From Kondoa subrosea (lineage: Eukaryota), in contig BCIN01000001.1 in NCBI GenBank assembly GCA_039545335.1, positions 2,731,136-2,795,135 of the forward strand: a stretch of DNA of 64,000 bases, given 5' to 3'. Shown here piece after piece: positions 25,931 through 38,391 of the stretch. The notes under the pieces were generated by a model that did no database searches, had not been told where the DNA came from, and saw nothing but the letters and a program-made list of their open reading frames with translations. The translations under genes and the position numbers were made by a program. The number at the start of each line of letters is the position of its first letter. Positions within the stretch are counted from its first letter, which is position 1.

Positions 25931-27494
25931 TCAGTTGGGGATCTCGTCAATACTCTTCAGAGTGATCTCATCTCTTGCATTGACTTTGCGTCTGAAGTCA
26001 GAGGAAGCTTGATAGACGCCCCTGTAAGCCAGATATAAGCATCTTATCCTCGGGAATCAGGCAAATTGACACTCGCTTTCGAGTCCTGTTGATACTTCCA
26101 AGAGGTTGGAAAGACTTCAACCCATGCCAAGGATCCAATCTCATGTGATCAACCCAGAAGTTACGTCGTTTGTGACTGTACGAGTCTTGACTTGGAATAT
26201 GCAAAGTCGCAACCGTTTCGAAAGGGAACTCTTTCTCATCCCAAACGATCTTGCTGTCTTCAACTGGTTGCTTGTTGATATCGACGAGCAATTGGACCTG
26301 GAAGAGGTATTTTGCGTCGTTGCTAGCGTAATACTCGGTCATCCTGGAACAGGCTAGCGTCAACTTAGACCATGGTACAGGGCAAAGGGGGACATACCAG
26401 TCACGCAGAACGTTAGGCGAGCTCTTTTCATCAACGTATTGAGTGGCCAACTTCCTTTGAGCTTCAGAATCAGGAATGATCCTGTATTTACAAACATAGT
26501 CGCCATAGCGATAAGCGGATTGACTGTACATGTCTTGAGCGATCAGATGAATGTTGGGCAAGTGGTTTCTCATTTGTTGAATATGGCCGCTGCAGACTCA
26601 ATCAGCAGCAATTCAAAAGCAGGTGAAGATAGCTCACTCTTCACGCTGGTCGAGCTTCTGAGTGAGAAGGTGAGGGCATCCGCCATATTGCATGCGCAAA
26701 TTGACAATATCGTAGCAGGTCTTTGCATTAGCGAGCTCGAGAATAGGTGCCGAGTTGAATTCGATGTCTATTCACACACGGACTGCTTAGATCCAAACGC
26801 GAGAGGCAGGTAATCTCTGACGTACCATGAACATCTCTACCTACTCCATCGTCTTCATCTTGATGGAATTTGGCACCCTGTCCTCAAATAATCAGCTTGT
26901 CATCGCAAATTAAGGTCGACGAAACTCACAGGAACATTGAACACTTTCATACCTACTCCTCGTGGAGCAGGAACCTTGTCGTCCAGAGCTGGATCACCAG
27001 GTTCCGAGCTGTATCGCAAAGCTAAAGCGACACGCTCAGCTTACAAGCGTTCAACGTATGCATTCGGCTCACCAAATGGATAGGTCTTTCCACCTTCGCT
27101 GAACATGGTCTGCGCGAGATGCTCTGGCAAGTTCTCCTTGACCGTCATTGTGCCTTTGACGAGTCCATGTGTGAAAGCTATATTTGCACTGATCAGTAAA
27201 GTAGTATGGCTCTGTTGAAAGCGCGAATCCTTACCGTGAGTTCCGCCAAAGCAGTGACCATGGGCGTCGAACATGACTTGCTGAATAGTGTTGAATTGCT
27301 TTTCAATCTTCTTGATGCTTCAAACGCAAACGGAATGAGAACAGCTCAGGTCGTAAAGGAACAGGACGTACATTTCATCTTCGTCGGCGTCCTTGTGCTC
27401 AACACACTACAAAGAGCTTTGAGTTCAGATGAACTATTTATAGCTGAGTAATGAAGCGTACTGGATCATCCCATTTGATGTAGTTGGCTGTCAT
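25931..27494 (-). CDS. Catalase-like heme-binding protein (catalase-related family)
   Basis: HCFGGTH|AFTHGLVKG, RYSSEP, PRGVGMKVF, YSQSAYRYGDYVCKY and LDPWHGLKSFQPLGSINRTRK. Confidence 0.85.
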
Positions 27495-28120
27495 TGTATG
27501 TAGCTGGCTATTTAGCGGTGGTAGTGCAGGTCAAGAGCGAAAGCGGCAGAACTACTAGATGTGGAGAAGGGCGATCCCCCCCAGAGGAAAGTCGCGACTT
27601 GGACCTGCGACGCGAGAAGACACGCGTTTCATAGAAGACAAAGATAGGCTCGTGTTTCCTGAAAGCTACCGACATAAGATGCAAGCCAGCAAGCCGAGTA
27701 TGCTAGTGTATGCCAAAGCTTGGACAGTCGAAACTCGAGTTCAGCATTAAAGCAAGGGAGGTCAGATACAGACGAGAACAGAAAGAGAAGCAGTCGAAAC
27801 GGAAGGATATGAGACGTTGCTTGTAGCGAGCGGCACACATCTTCCGTACACCTGACCAGAATTGTGTTCGAACTCTCCGAGGCTTTTTTCACAACACAAC
27901 TTGTCACTTGTTTTGCTACTTCAGATTGCTAGACAGACCGCCTGACACTCGCTGATAGTGTATATCCTGCGTACTTGTTGGATCCAAACTTTGGCCGTAT
28001 AGCAGTGACCGTACAAGCTCTACGGATCAAGTCAAAAACAGCTGGCGAAACGTCTCGGCGGACCTGTGCGCTCACTCTATAATCCGACTAGTTCTCTTCT
28101 TCTCCCTTCTAATCGCTGTC

Positions 28121-29221
28121 ATGCATTCCCACTCCCACTCTCATTCTCACGACTCTCACTCGCACGGTCATGAACATACAGCAGATGATCTGGCCAAAAC
28201 GAATGCTGCGCACTTTGATACTAAAGCCAGCACCTACGCCAACGAAGCATCTCGATTTATGGCCAAGAATGCAGCGAAAGCAATCATGGAAGTCGTCAGT
28301 CGGCCAACGGAAGATAAACTCGCTTTGGATTTCGCATGTGGTCCTGGTCTGATCTCACAGGAGTTAGTGCCGCATTACAAGCATGTTACTGGTGTGGATA
28401 TTTCGCAAGGTATGATTTACGAGTTCGATCGTCAAGTAAGTCTCGACGGTAGAAAGATCGAGTACCGAGATTGGGCTGACGGAATAGCACAGGCAATCAA
28501 GGCTGGTCTCAACGATAAGATGCATGCTGTTCAATTGACAGACAATGGGAGCAATCTATCTGCGCTAAATGGACAGCTGTTTGATTTGATCTTCGTGAGC
28601 ATAGTCTTCCCTCTCCCTGTGTTGCAACTGACTTCGCCTTATCATCAGTGCTGCCATTCTTAGTAATTGCTATTCTCCTCGCACACAGACATATCTGCTC
28701 ACGGCTTACCATAGTCATCACTTTCACGATCTGGACAAAGTTACCTCAATGCTAGCTTCGGCTTTAAAACCGAATGGTCAACTAGTTGTCCTAGATTTTC
28801 TAGCTTCAGAGAGCTCCCGTGCGTCGGGACCCTTCTGTCAAGATGGAATGCTGACCATCCACTGATTAGTTGAGGATGATCAGTTTATTACAGACGAGGA
28901 CGCTCATAGTAGGGGAGTGCATCATAAGAAAGGTGTGTTCAGTGTGCTGTACGAAAGATCACGGCCAATGTTTCGGAATTCACAGGTTTCTCGCCTGAAG
29001 AAATGCAGAAACTCTTTTCGAAACACTTCAAACATGCTGAAGCTAGACCGGGGATGAGAATCGCAAAGTCTCAATTCGAGACCATGGAAGGAGGAGAGAT
29101 GCTTGCTCCACTTCTCAAGAGACTAAGAGGCGATCAGTGAGTGCTTGACTTGCAACAACTACAATTAAGCTGACTTTCTGTGATCAGCTTGGAATATGTT
29201 ATCGCTATTGGTAACGCATGA
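28121..29221 (+). CDS. Class I SAM-dependent methyltransferase with a His-rich N-terminus
   Basis: Motif I LDFACGPGLIS, then VTGVDISQGM, FDLIF|CCHSYHHF, LKPNGQLVVLDF and VHHKKGF. Confidence 0.85.
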
Positions 29222-29336
29222 GAACAGCAATAATAGTCGCATGACCATGTAGAATAGGGCGATGAGCTGAGTAAGCAGAAACCTTTGCATTGCAATTGCA
29301 TGGTCATCAGCTCTTCTCTCGAACGTCCATTCTGTT

Positions 29337-32300
29337 ATGCATATACCCTCGACTTTGATATCCCTGATACTGTTATGTACAGTCAATCTGGCATCAGCAG
29401 AACAAATCCCATTTAAGCCAGAACAAGAGTCTCCTGTCTTGTCAACAGAACCTGTGCATGCGTCAAGACTAACAATCATAGACCTGCTGTCTGCAGATAG
29501 CAATTATACGCATCTCGTACTAGCGCTGCAGCGAAGTAGACTAGTGCCAACCATCAATCGCCTGGTCAATGGCTCAACCTTGTTCGCACCTACAAATCAG
29601 GCTATTGAATTGGCAGCAGCTGAGGAGTCAGAACCTTTGTGGTCCCTTGCAATACAGGAAGAGACGCTAGCAGACAACATCAATGCAAAACTAAGGCAGA
29701 CTCTGCTTTATCATCTGTTGAACGTCACTCTCCCGCTGAAAGCAAATGTCACGACACCTGTGTTGTTGCCAAGCATGCTCTTTCCTCATCCTTTTTCCGG
29801 TCATGAAAAGCCTGGTGGTCCATTCCCAGATGCGCCGGATATCCATTCGTTGCTAGGCAATGCCTCGCAAGTGGTCAGATTCGCTGCACGGCCTACAGAA
29901 TCAGGCAATACCACTTTTGTAGTCGGTTGTGATGCTCGAGGTCAAGGCGGAATACCTATCCTCATGCCCAAGATCAAGAACGGGACCAATGGGATCATAT
30001 TACCAATCGATACTGTTCTCCAATTACCTAAATCTGTTGGTCACATACTAAGAACTCATCCTTCTCTATCAATGGTTCGAGAACTATATTCAAAAGAGGC
30101 TATTAAGAGCATGGACAACCAATCTGAAATCACACTGTTTGCACCGACAGATGAAGCTTGGTCAAGATTGGATGATATGGAAGCGAGGTATCTCAAGAGT
30201 GGATTTGCACAGCAAGATTTGAGAGAGATTTTTGAGGATTCGGTCGTCAGGCAAGCGCAGATTGGGTATTCAGACGCACTGGTTTCGCAAGGCAAAGGTG
30301 AGCACTCGAATTCTACCGGCAACATTGTGCTCATTGACAGTCGAAAAATCAACAGCTACAACTACTTCGAATTATACACTGACTTTCAGCTCGAATGAAG
30401 GAGATCTGAGAGTGAATGACAGCGCGGTTGTACAGAAGGATATTCTTGCAAGCAATGGTGTGTTCAACTGCAATAGCTATATCTACCATCTGATCAGAGC
30501 TACTAAGGTGTTGTTCATGTCACCGCCTCTCTTCTCCTTCCTTCTGGCTCACTACAAATGAATGCTGAAAAATACCTCTTGACTCTCAATTGCACTCGCT
30601 TTGTGTCCTTTTTGCGAGAAGCTGGTCTCTCCCAATACGTTCAAAATACTTCTGCCAGCTATACCATACTAGCGCCACCAGATGATGTTTTCCAGGATCA
30701 AGAAGATTGGGCACGTTTACCTTCCGCTGGTTCAAGTGAGATGAAGACCTTGTTGCGATATCACTTTATTGAAGGTCGGTATCAACCGAAGGAACTACGA
30801 GATGAGGATCTGCTTAGAACTGCTCTTCGGCCTAAGAAGCTCAAAGGCGAAAGTCAGCGCTTGCAAGTGTTCAAGAGTAGCATGAAAGATGGCGATATGT
30901 TGAGCTTTGGCAACGCAAAGGTCGAAGGCGATCCTAGTCCGTTTCTGCGTTTGACAAGCTGACAGCAGCTGATAGTGATTTACAGTTACGATTGGTAACT
31001 CAATCATCTACCTTATTTCTCAGCCTGTAGAACCGCCTCTTGACGTTCTTCAAACCGCAATGTCCGATTTGCGATTATCTACTTTCGTGGCGAGCGTTTA
31101 CTCTGCAGAGCTCGACAAATGGCTGAAAGGAGCACCTTCAACTACTCTATTAGCACCGATCAACAACGCCTTTGATCGACTTGGCCTCGTTATGTCATAT
31201 TTACTCTTACCTTCTTCCAGTACCGAACTTCGCTCCGTTGTTCGATACCATTTCTTGGACCAGATCCTTTACCGCGATGATATAAGGCAAGGTGGATCTA
31301 CACATCGGTCGTTAGAAGGCTCGGATGTCAGTGTTGAAAGAGACAATCAGACTATCACCTTACATGGACCGACAATCAACGGTTATCCTGTTTCCGGACA
31401 AGTGCTTCCGACTAACCTCACATCTGGCAATATGCTGACTTCGACTGGAGTGGCTCATGTAATCGACCAGGTACTGTTACCTGTCAGCGTTCACATAAGT
31501 AATCGCAAATTGCTACAAGGGTTAGCTCCCTCTTCTTTCGCTTCCAGTTATGTTCGGCTAATACTGGCAGTAAAGAGCGAAGGCAGAAACAATGGCTCGT
31601 CTGATCAGATTGGCTAACATGACCTGGATTCTAGAAGGAGAAGATGCACCTGCTGAATTCTTCCCCTCTGCCAAGTCTAACGCTATGAATGACAAGAGCT
31701 ATACCTTGCTCGCTCCTTCGGATCATGCTTTCAACAGAGTCAACCTCACATACTACCAGAATAATCTACCCGCGTTGAAAGAGCTGATCAAACTTCATAT
31801 TATACCTCAAGATGCAGAACAAAAAGTAAAGTCTCTTTCCGATTCCGATGGTCGGCCCTTCGCTCTGAAAGATGGTCTCTCAATGGATACGCTTCTGTCC
31901 AAACGAGCTGGCGGTACAAGTCGTTATGGCACGCTTGGGTTCAGATTGATGGGCGATTCGTATTTGGTTGGCATCAAAGGAGCTCGAGGCACTCTTGAAA
32001 GTAATTGGGCTCACGTGACTGGCTTTGGTAGAGCTACACCCAAATTGTCAGAGCTCGAAGTCTTGAAGAAGAAAAGCGGCAGTTTGGTCGTGACCGGAGG
32101 TGGGGTGCTGACGGTCGGTTTTGCTTTCACTTGCCTGATCAAGCTAAGATACGTTCACAGATTGATACGGTGCTACTACCGTATCAACCAGACTGGTTCC
32201 AGTGAGTACTTTGAAAGTGCAATGTTTCACAAATTCATCGCTAGTATTATAGTCGTTGGGGATGGTAGGTTATCGAATCACCGCTGATGCCATTATCACT

Positions 32301-32437
32301 GATAAGTTGCCCTAAGGATCGTGGTCGTGGTCGCTTTGTCGTTGTTGGGTGCTGGCTGCATTCTTCTTCTAGGTTATAAATTATATCAAAGCAGGAAGAA
32401 ACAGATATACGAGCCATTAGAAGGAGAGGAGTCGTGA
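29337..32437 (+). CDS. Multi-FAS1 (fasciclin) domain type I membrane protein
   Basis: Signal peptide; repeated H1 motifs (TLFAPTN, TLFAPTD, TILAPPD, TLLAPIN, TLLAPSD) with YH and GVxHxID motifs; C-terminal TM and tail QIYEPLEGEES*. Confidence 0.9.
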
Positions 32438-32693
32438 TCAGTGTAGCAATAGATGTAACCTGTGATAATAGCATTGAGTTTCTGCATACCGTCCTTCGTC
32501 GACATCAACCAACTCAACCAACTTCTCAAGCTCCCGTGGCGCGAGGCAGGGCTCAAGGACAGTCAGTGAGACACATGATCTTGAATACGCCAGCACAGCT
32601 CATCTCCAAGTATGACAGAACCTGCTGCTTCTGACCAAATTGGTAACTTCAAATTGAAGATTCGCCAAACACTGAGTGCAGCTGGGAATCTCG

Positions 32694-34847
32694 ATGCAGG
32701 ACATTTCCACTACTTTGCCAGATGAGAGCAATGTGTCTCCTTCTTACGTTTACACGGCTCGTCTAAACATCACCTTACCAAATTCTTCCACTTCGACTTC
32801 GAATTCAAGTGTTTCTCGAAGTTCGGTTCTTGTAGACTTGCGCATTCATGGGACAGGCCAGAGTGACCAACCTATCGAGTTGCACTTGCAAGTGAGCTCA
32901 TGCGCTATGTGCTCTCTCTTTGCGCTGATCAGAGGGAGATCCTCAGGCTTCAGATATTACTATACTCGGTAGTAATACTACGGCTGCGATTCACCCAGAT
33001 TTCCTGGCGCCATTGTCCACGCCAGCTCTGGGTCAAATGAATATATCTCATCTGGCTCAGTCTTCGCAACAACGTGCGAGCTCATCCAATTCCGCGCCGT
33101 CCATCGGTCAATTTATGATCAATCAATCTGCGACTGTTCCTACCGCATCCCATACCAGTCTGCCTTCTATTCCGACGGAGCGCACAGCTCCTCCTGCGCG
33201 AAGTACAGCTGAAGAAGCTCAAGTTAAGGAGTGCGTAGTAGCGGCCTTAAAGAAAGCAAATCAGTGGAGCGGATCTAGGTATACACGCTCCCAGAATACA
33301 AGAAATCAGCTGAATTCTTGCTGCATAGACCCTCGCCCTTGATTCAGGTTGATAGGCTGCTTTCTCGTATCGATTTGTTTTGCAAATTACATAGCTTGGT
33401 GCATTATGAGAAGCCGGACTCTGCAACTATTCCACTTCCTTCCACTGGTACTACTATAACCTCATCCGGCAATGACAGTATGCCTATGGTATTCTTCAAT
33501 GATCTTCTGTAAGTACTCACCCGGAGGCTTTTCATTCTAGCTGAGCCCCGGACAGGAAATACGGAGGGTTGGGCACGGCATGGAACGAAAAGAAGGCCAG
33601 AAGACCTTATCGACACATCTATGCAGACATTCTAGCTCATCAGAATCATCCCAGCATTAAACCTTTCCTCACCAGTGAACGCTCAAAAACTCTTGATGAA
33701 TTGGAAGATGCGTTCAGTGTACTGGCTGGTAGACCGATCAAGAGTCAGCAAGCTCCGAATACGCCTGTAGCTGTAGCAACTCACAAATCAAACATCAAGA
33801 TTGACGTCGTCGAGTCTCCTCGAGCTGCATCAGAAGAACAGCAACTCACAGCAGAAGTAGCTGAAGTCAAGCCCACCTCGACCAGGAAACGCAAACGAGA
33901 ACAAGAAAAAGGGCCCGAATTTCCGGTGAGCAAAACAAATCAACGTTCAGTGAGATCTGCTGAACATCGGTCCAGGTCGAAGGTCCAATTGACTTACCTG
34001 AAGTCCCAACGATTCGATTGATCAAACCTGCTTCGAGAACAGCAGATGATGACGACGTCATCAAGAAAGCCATCATATCAGCTCTCACTGAGAACAATCA
34101 GTATTCCGGCTCTCGACCTGCTGTGATTACCAGTGTTGGAACTCTGGTCGCTCGCATTCGCTTACTGATACAACTACATCAGAAAGAAACGCTCAATGGA
34201 TACGCGGTGTATTGGCAAGACTTGGTCCAGTATGGCGGTACAGCTTGTTCATACAATCCGTCCGCTCTTAGGTTCTGATTGAAGTACAGGGATAGCTCAA
34301 GCCTGGAGCTCTAAAAAAGCCGGCCGCGATGCGTGAGTCCACGATTTTAATAATATTATAATGCCATGCTACATTTGGTATGCGAAAGAACGATTCCAAC
34401 GACTGATTTTGCGGTGTTATTTGCAGTTACAAAAATACTTATGCCTTGTTGCGACAACATTGCGACCGTCCATCCATTCGATCCCTTCTTTCAAGTACAC
34501 CAGCAGTAGACATCAAAACCATTGAAGCCGCTCTGGAAGCGGCTAACAATTCCGAAAATTCTCCAAGTTCTTGTCCAAACCAAGTTCATGAACCAGAAGA
34601 CAACAGCAATCCGATGGTTGGAGTCATCGAACCAAGCTTGATGAGTAGCAATTCTTCAAGCAATCTGATGTTCTCCATGCCCGAAAACCCTCCGTCTACT
34701 CTTGCACAAGACGAAGAACACGGCAGTCCGCAATGGACTCAGACTTCTCTTGATAAATCAATGCTTCAACATCCTATGCTCTTCCCAAACCAAAGTAGAA
34801 TGGGAGCATCGGACGTTGACGAGTTGGATGAAGATGATGAGGATTGA
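32694..34847 (+). CDS. Hypothetical protein with two copies of an unrecognised ~100-aa domain and a basic NLS-like patch
   Basis: Seven exons join in frame through GT-AG introns. The internal repeat is described under findings; STRKRKRE lies between the copies. The start codon is uncertain. Confidence 0.65.
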
Positions 34848-34987
34848 AAGATAGATGTTGAAAATATTATGGACGATCGGCGGTGCATTAATAAAGATAA
34901 GTAAGAAACGGAACGACAATTTGCACTATAAAACATTTTTTCGTCGCTTTTTGCTGCGAATTGGCTTTTCTTTTTCGCCAAGTCCAG

Positions 34988-36100
34988 CTACGGCTGTTGC
35001 CAAGGCGGATTATCTATACTGTATAGACCTCGTGGTAGACCGTTCGCTGAGGAGGGAGGCTGAGAATTTGGAGGAGGAGGTTGTTGATAAGAGTTTACGT
35101 CGAAGTCTGACTTTCTTGGTGCATCCGAACAGCTCATTTGCAGTCTGAGTCGGACACATCTTTCGCAAGGTCGAGGACCATTCAAACTAGCCATGCAACG
35201 CTTCTTCGCCTGTGAGATTGAACAAAAGGAAAGTCAGGGCTAAGATCTGTATACGAGCCGCTCCAACGGGAAACGAACCTTTTGACAATTGATCTAATGG
35301 TAAAAGGTGTGAGACATCATTCGATATTGTGATAAATAAGGATAACATACGCAAGCCCGCTGAGATCTAGGAGCGAAACGATTGTACCCTTCTGGATCTT
35401 CATTGCCTTGCAACATCGCTTGCTGTCTTCTTCTCAGTTGTTCTACAGATTCTCTGATTGATTCGGCCACATCGTATGTTTTGGGAGGAGAAGAAGGTCC
35501 AGCTACAGAAGGCAAATAAGATGGATAAGGTGCTGGGCCAGGTAAAGAATGGGCGAAAGTGCCATTGTAGGGACCAGCGGATTGAGGTTGAGGTGGAACT
35601 GGCCATCCTGCGGGCGATCGCATAGCAATTGGAGCTGGATAACCTTGCCAAGAAGATGGGTGTTGTTGAAGTTGTTGCGGTGAAGGGAGACTAGGCAGAA
35701 TTTGTTGTTGCGACATCATGCCTAGGGACGCAGGAGAGGGCAAAGAATCTAAAGATCTGGCTGGCACATCGCGCGCTCGAGTATTGTAAGGATTGGGAGA
35801 CCAGTTATTGTTATCCATTGTACTGAGAGCGGCTAGAGTAGAAAGCTTAGAACCGGTTGCGGACCCGTACAGATCTGCTTCATCTAGTGAGCTGGTTGAC
35901 GAGCCTTGCCTTTGTTGTGCCGCAGCTTGATCTGACGAAAGAGCAAATCGCTGGAGTTGTGGCGGCAAGTTTGAGGGCATTGCGGAGCCCATACGTAAAG
36001 GTGGCAGCTGTAGACCAGAGTACTCTTGCCCCTCTTGTGTATCACCTGCAGCAGCCTCCCGCTCTCTCGCGGCCGCCGCTAAGAGCTCTTCTATTCCCAT
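34988..36100 (-). CDS. Zn(II)2Cys6 transcription factor with the cluster at the C-terminus
   Basis: Spliced RAC|INCQK|AKKRCMASLNGPRPCERCVRLRLQMSC gives C-x2-C-x6-C-x9-C-x2-C-x8-C, preceded by a Pro/Gln/Ser-rich N-terminus. Confidence 0.85.
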
Positions 36101-38391
36101 ATCGAATTTGAAAAGTCCTTGTGAGCGATGTCCGATAGCTTGCGAACGTGAGTACGCTATTCTAGCTGGATGTAGCTATTGAGCCAGGCGGCGTTTCAAG
36201 CTGACCGCTGTGAAAAAGAATATAGCGTGGTGTCCGCAAAGCTTGGAAGTTAGAACTTCCGCCGAGAAGAACGAAAGACGGCTTTGATGACCTCGTGATG
36301 TAGAAGGTAGTTTTCACAGCGGTGTCTATCACTTCAGAATCGATGCGAGCGTTCAGGACAAGAGCTTTTTGGGCGGAAGGATAGTCATAATTCCGCGATC
36401 CCGACCCGGGAAGGTTTAATGCGAAAGTCAAGTCAGCACTTTTATTTGCTCCACAGCATCATTGTAAGCTTTCATAGGTTGACATTTGATTTTAAGACAG
36501 GCTGAGTCTTGTCGTAGTCATACGAGGAGCTTCGAGTGGAGTTGGCTGAGTGATCCAAATCGACTATCGGGCTTGATCAATCAACCGGCCAACGACGACG
36601 AGGAGTCAACATTTGCGGCACGTGTACACCGTTGCGTAACACTAGTTCTTCGCTTCTGCAAGATGTCGAGCTTTATAAGGTGATAGAGCGGTTCCATTCT
36701 GATCTACTTTAGATAAAAATCAGGCGATTCATTGGCGTCGCATTTCTGCTAGCAAGCATATCAGTGCTAGTTTTGCCAGCTCGAAGTCTCTAGAATGATT
36801 TCATGCCTTACTGATCTTCCTCCTTTTTTTGTGGCTCGTCGTAAAGGCTTGGCTCTGGACGCAGAGCTTTCAAGCACGTGAAGTACGAACTGCACATTCC
36901 ACTGGGCTCAGTCGCGGTGCGCTCGGTCTCCTGTCGTCTATATGCTGCATTGTATTCGAACATCGATTATTTACGAGATCTTGAGCACAAGCTTGAACCG
37001 ATCATGATCTGTTCTTTCTCGTTCTTCTGCCAGCTATTTGTCTCCTTTATATCAGAATGAGACATGATGAGATCGAGACTGCTTGTTGTCAGTCGCATTT
37101 GTGTAGCAAGACGCGCGTTGTCATTCTGCTTGATCTTTCGGAATTGCAAGGAAGCAGATGTGAAGGACAGTAATTCAAGCTTCAAGCCAGTGGAAAAGAG
37201 CCGCAGATCAATGAGCAGGTATCAACAAGCATGATTTCGTTTTTTCATCAGGCATCGACAAAGTCGACAGTGTCGCTAGCACATGCAGCAGCAGCGATTT
37301 ATAAGAGTCTGAAGACCGATCGAACTCCAGTGTTGGCATATCTCATGTCTTTCTGGGATTTGAGCCGTCTGCATCGACAGATTGATTGCTGCTTGAGACG
37401 CGTTTTGCTTCGCTTCTATTTCTACTTCAAGCACATTGACGGACACTCAATGAAGATTACCTGCTGTTGCTAAGTGAAAGAGCTAGCTCACCAGCTTCCT
37501 TTTGTCCTTTCGTCAGATTTTGTTGAAACTGCATTGCTCTTGCTCCACAGCCATGATTCCAGCAACGAAGGTAGGAGTGCCCTACCGCACGAGACTGAAG
37601 TTCTTGATGTCCCTTTGTGTCGTATTCTTCCTCTTCTGGCGATGTTTTTTGTCGCGTCATTTGCTGTAACCTTGCAATTTGTCAAGCAGTGCGAACCGCT
37701 TTTACTGTTTGGCATGTGTTGTCCAGATTCCAACACAAAGTACAGTACTCAGAACACATGACCAGTCAAGCCACGACTGCCATATGTTGTTCTTGTACTC
37801 TCAGTTCTGCAGCGGCACGGTCGAGGTGGCTCGATGTCCAAGCTGGTGGCATGCTGGATACGCGAGCTCAAAGAACAGCTTTGCACTCAAAGGATATTAA
37901 GCTCTCTTTGTCCCAAAGGCACGCGAGTCAAATTGCATTATAGATGTCAAATTCTTCTTTCGTTTCATTCTTGCATTACTTCAGAGCACTAGTCCAATCT
38001 CACAACGCTGCGTACTCGTTACAACCGCTAGCGCCCCAGTCACTTTCTACTGTTCCGCTATATCCTGATCCTTCTCCAGCCCTTCCAAATGTATTGATTC
38101 GAGATCTGATGACCTGTCAGTCTTCAATGCTTCGGATTGTACGATCGCTGCAGGCATGATTCTCCATTCGTCAGCCTCGGTGCGCGAAACTCCAGGATGC
38201 TTCGTTTGATACTGTTTTGATCAGCCCGACATACAATACGTGTCATACGAAGAGCTCACAATAGACAATGGAGAAGCCAAGATAATCTGAAAGAGCGTAC
38301 GCCATAGTCACCTGCTAGTTGACACGGCTGACTGATCCTCCGTTTCCAGACCAATATCCGGTACAAAGCAGACCGAAGGGACGCTTATTCA

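Noticed and set aside
32694..34847. Possible mating-type homeodomain gene near STE3
   Set aside because: No WFxNxR or other homeodomain signature in the spliced product.
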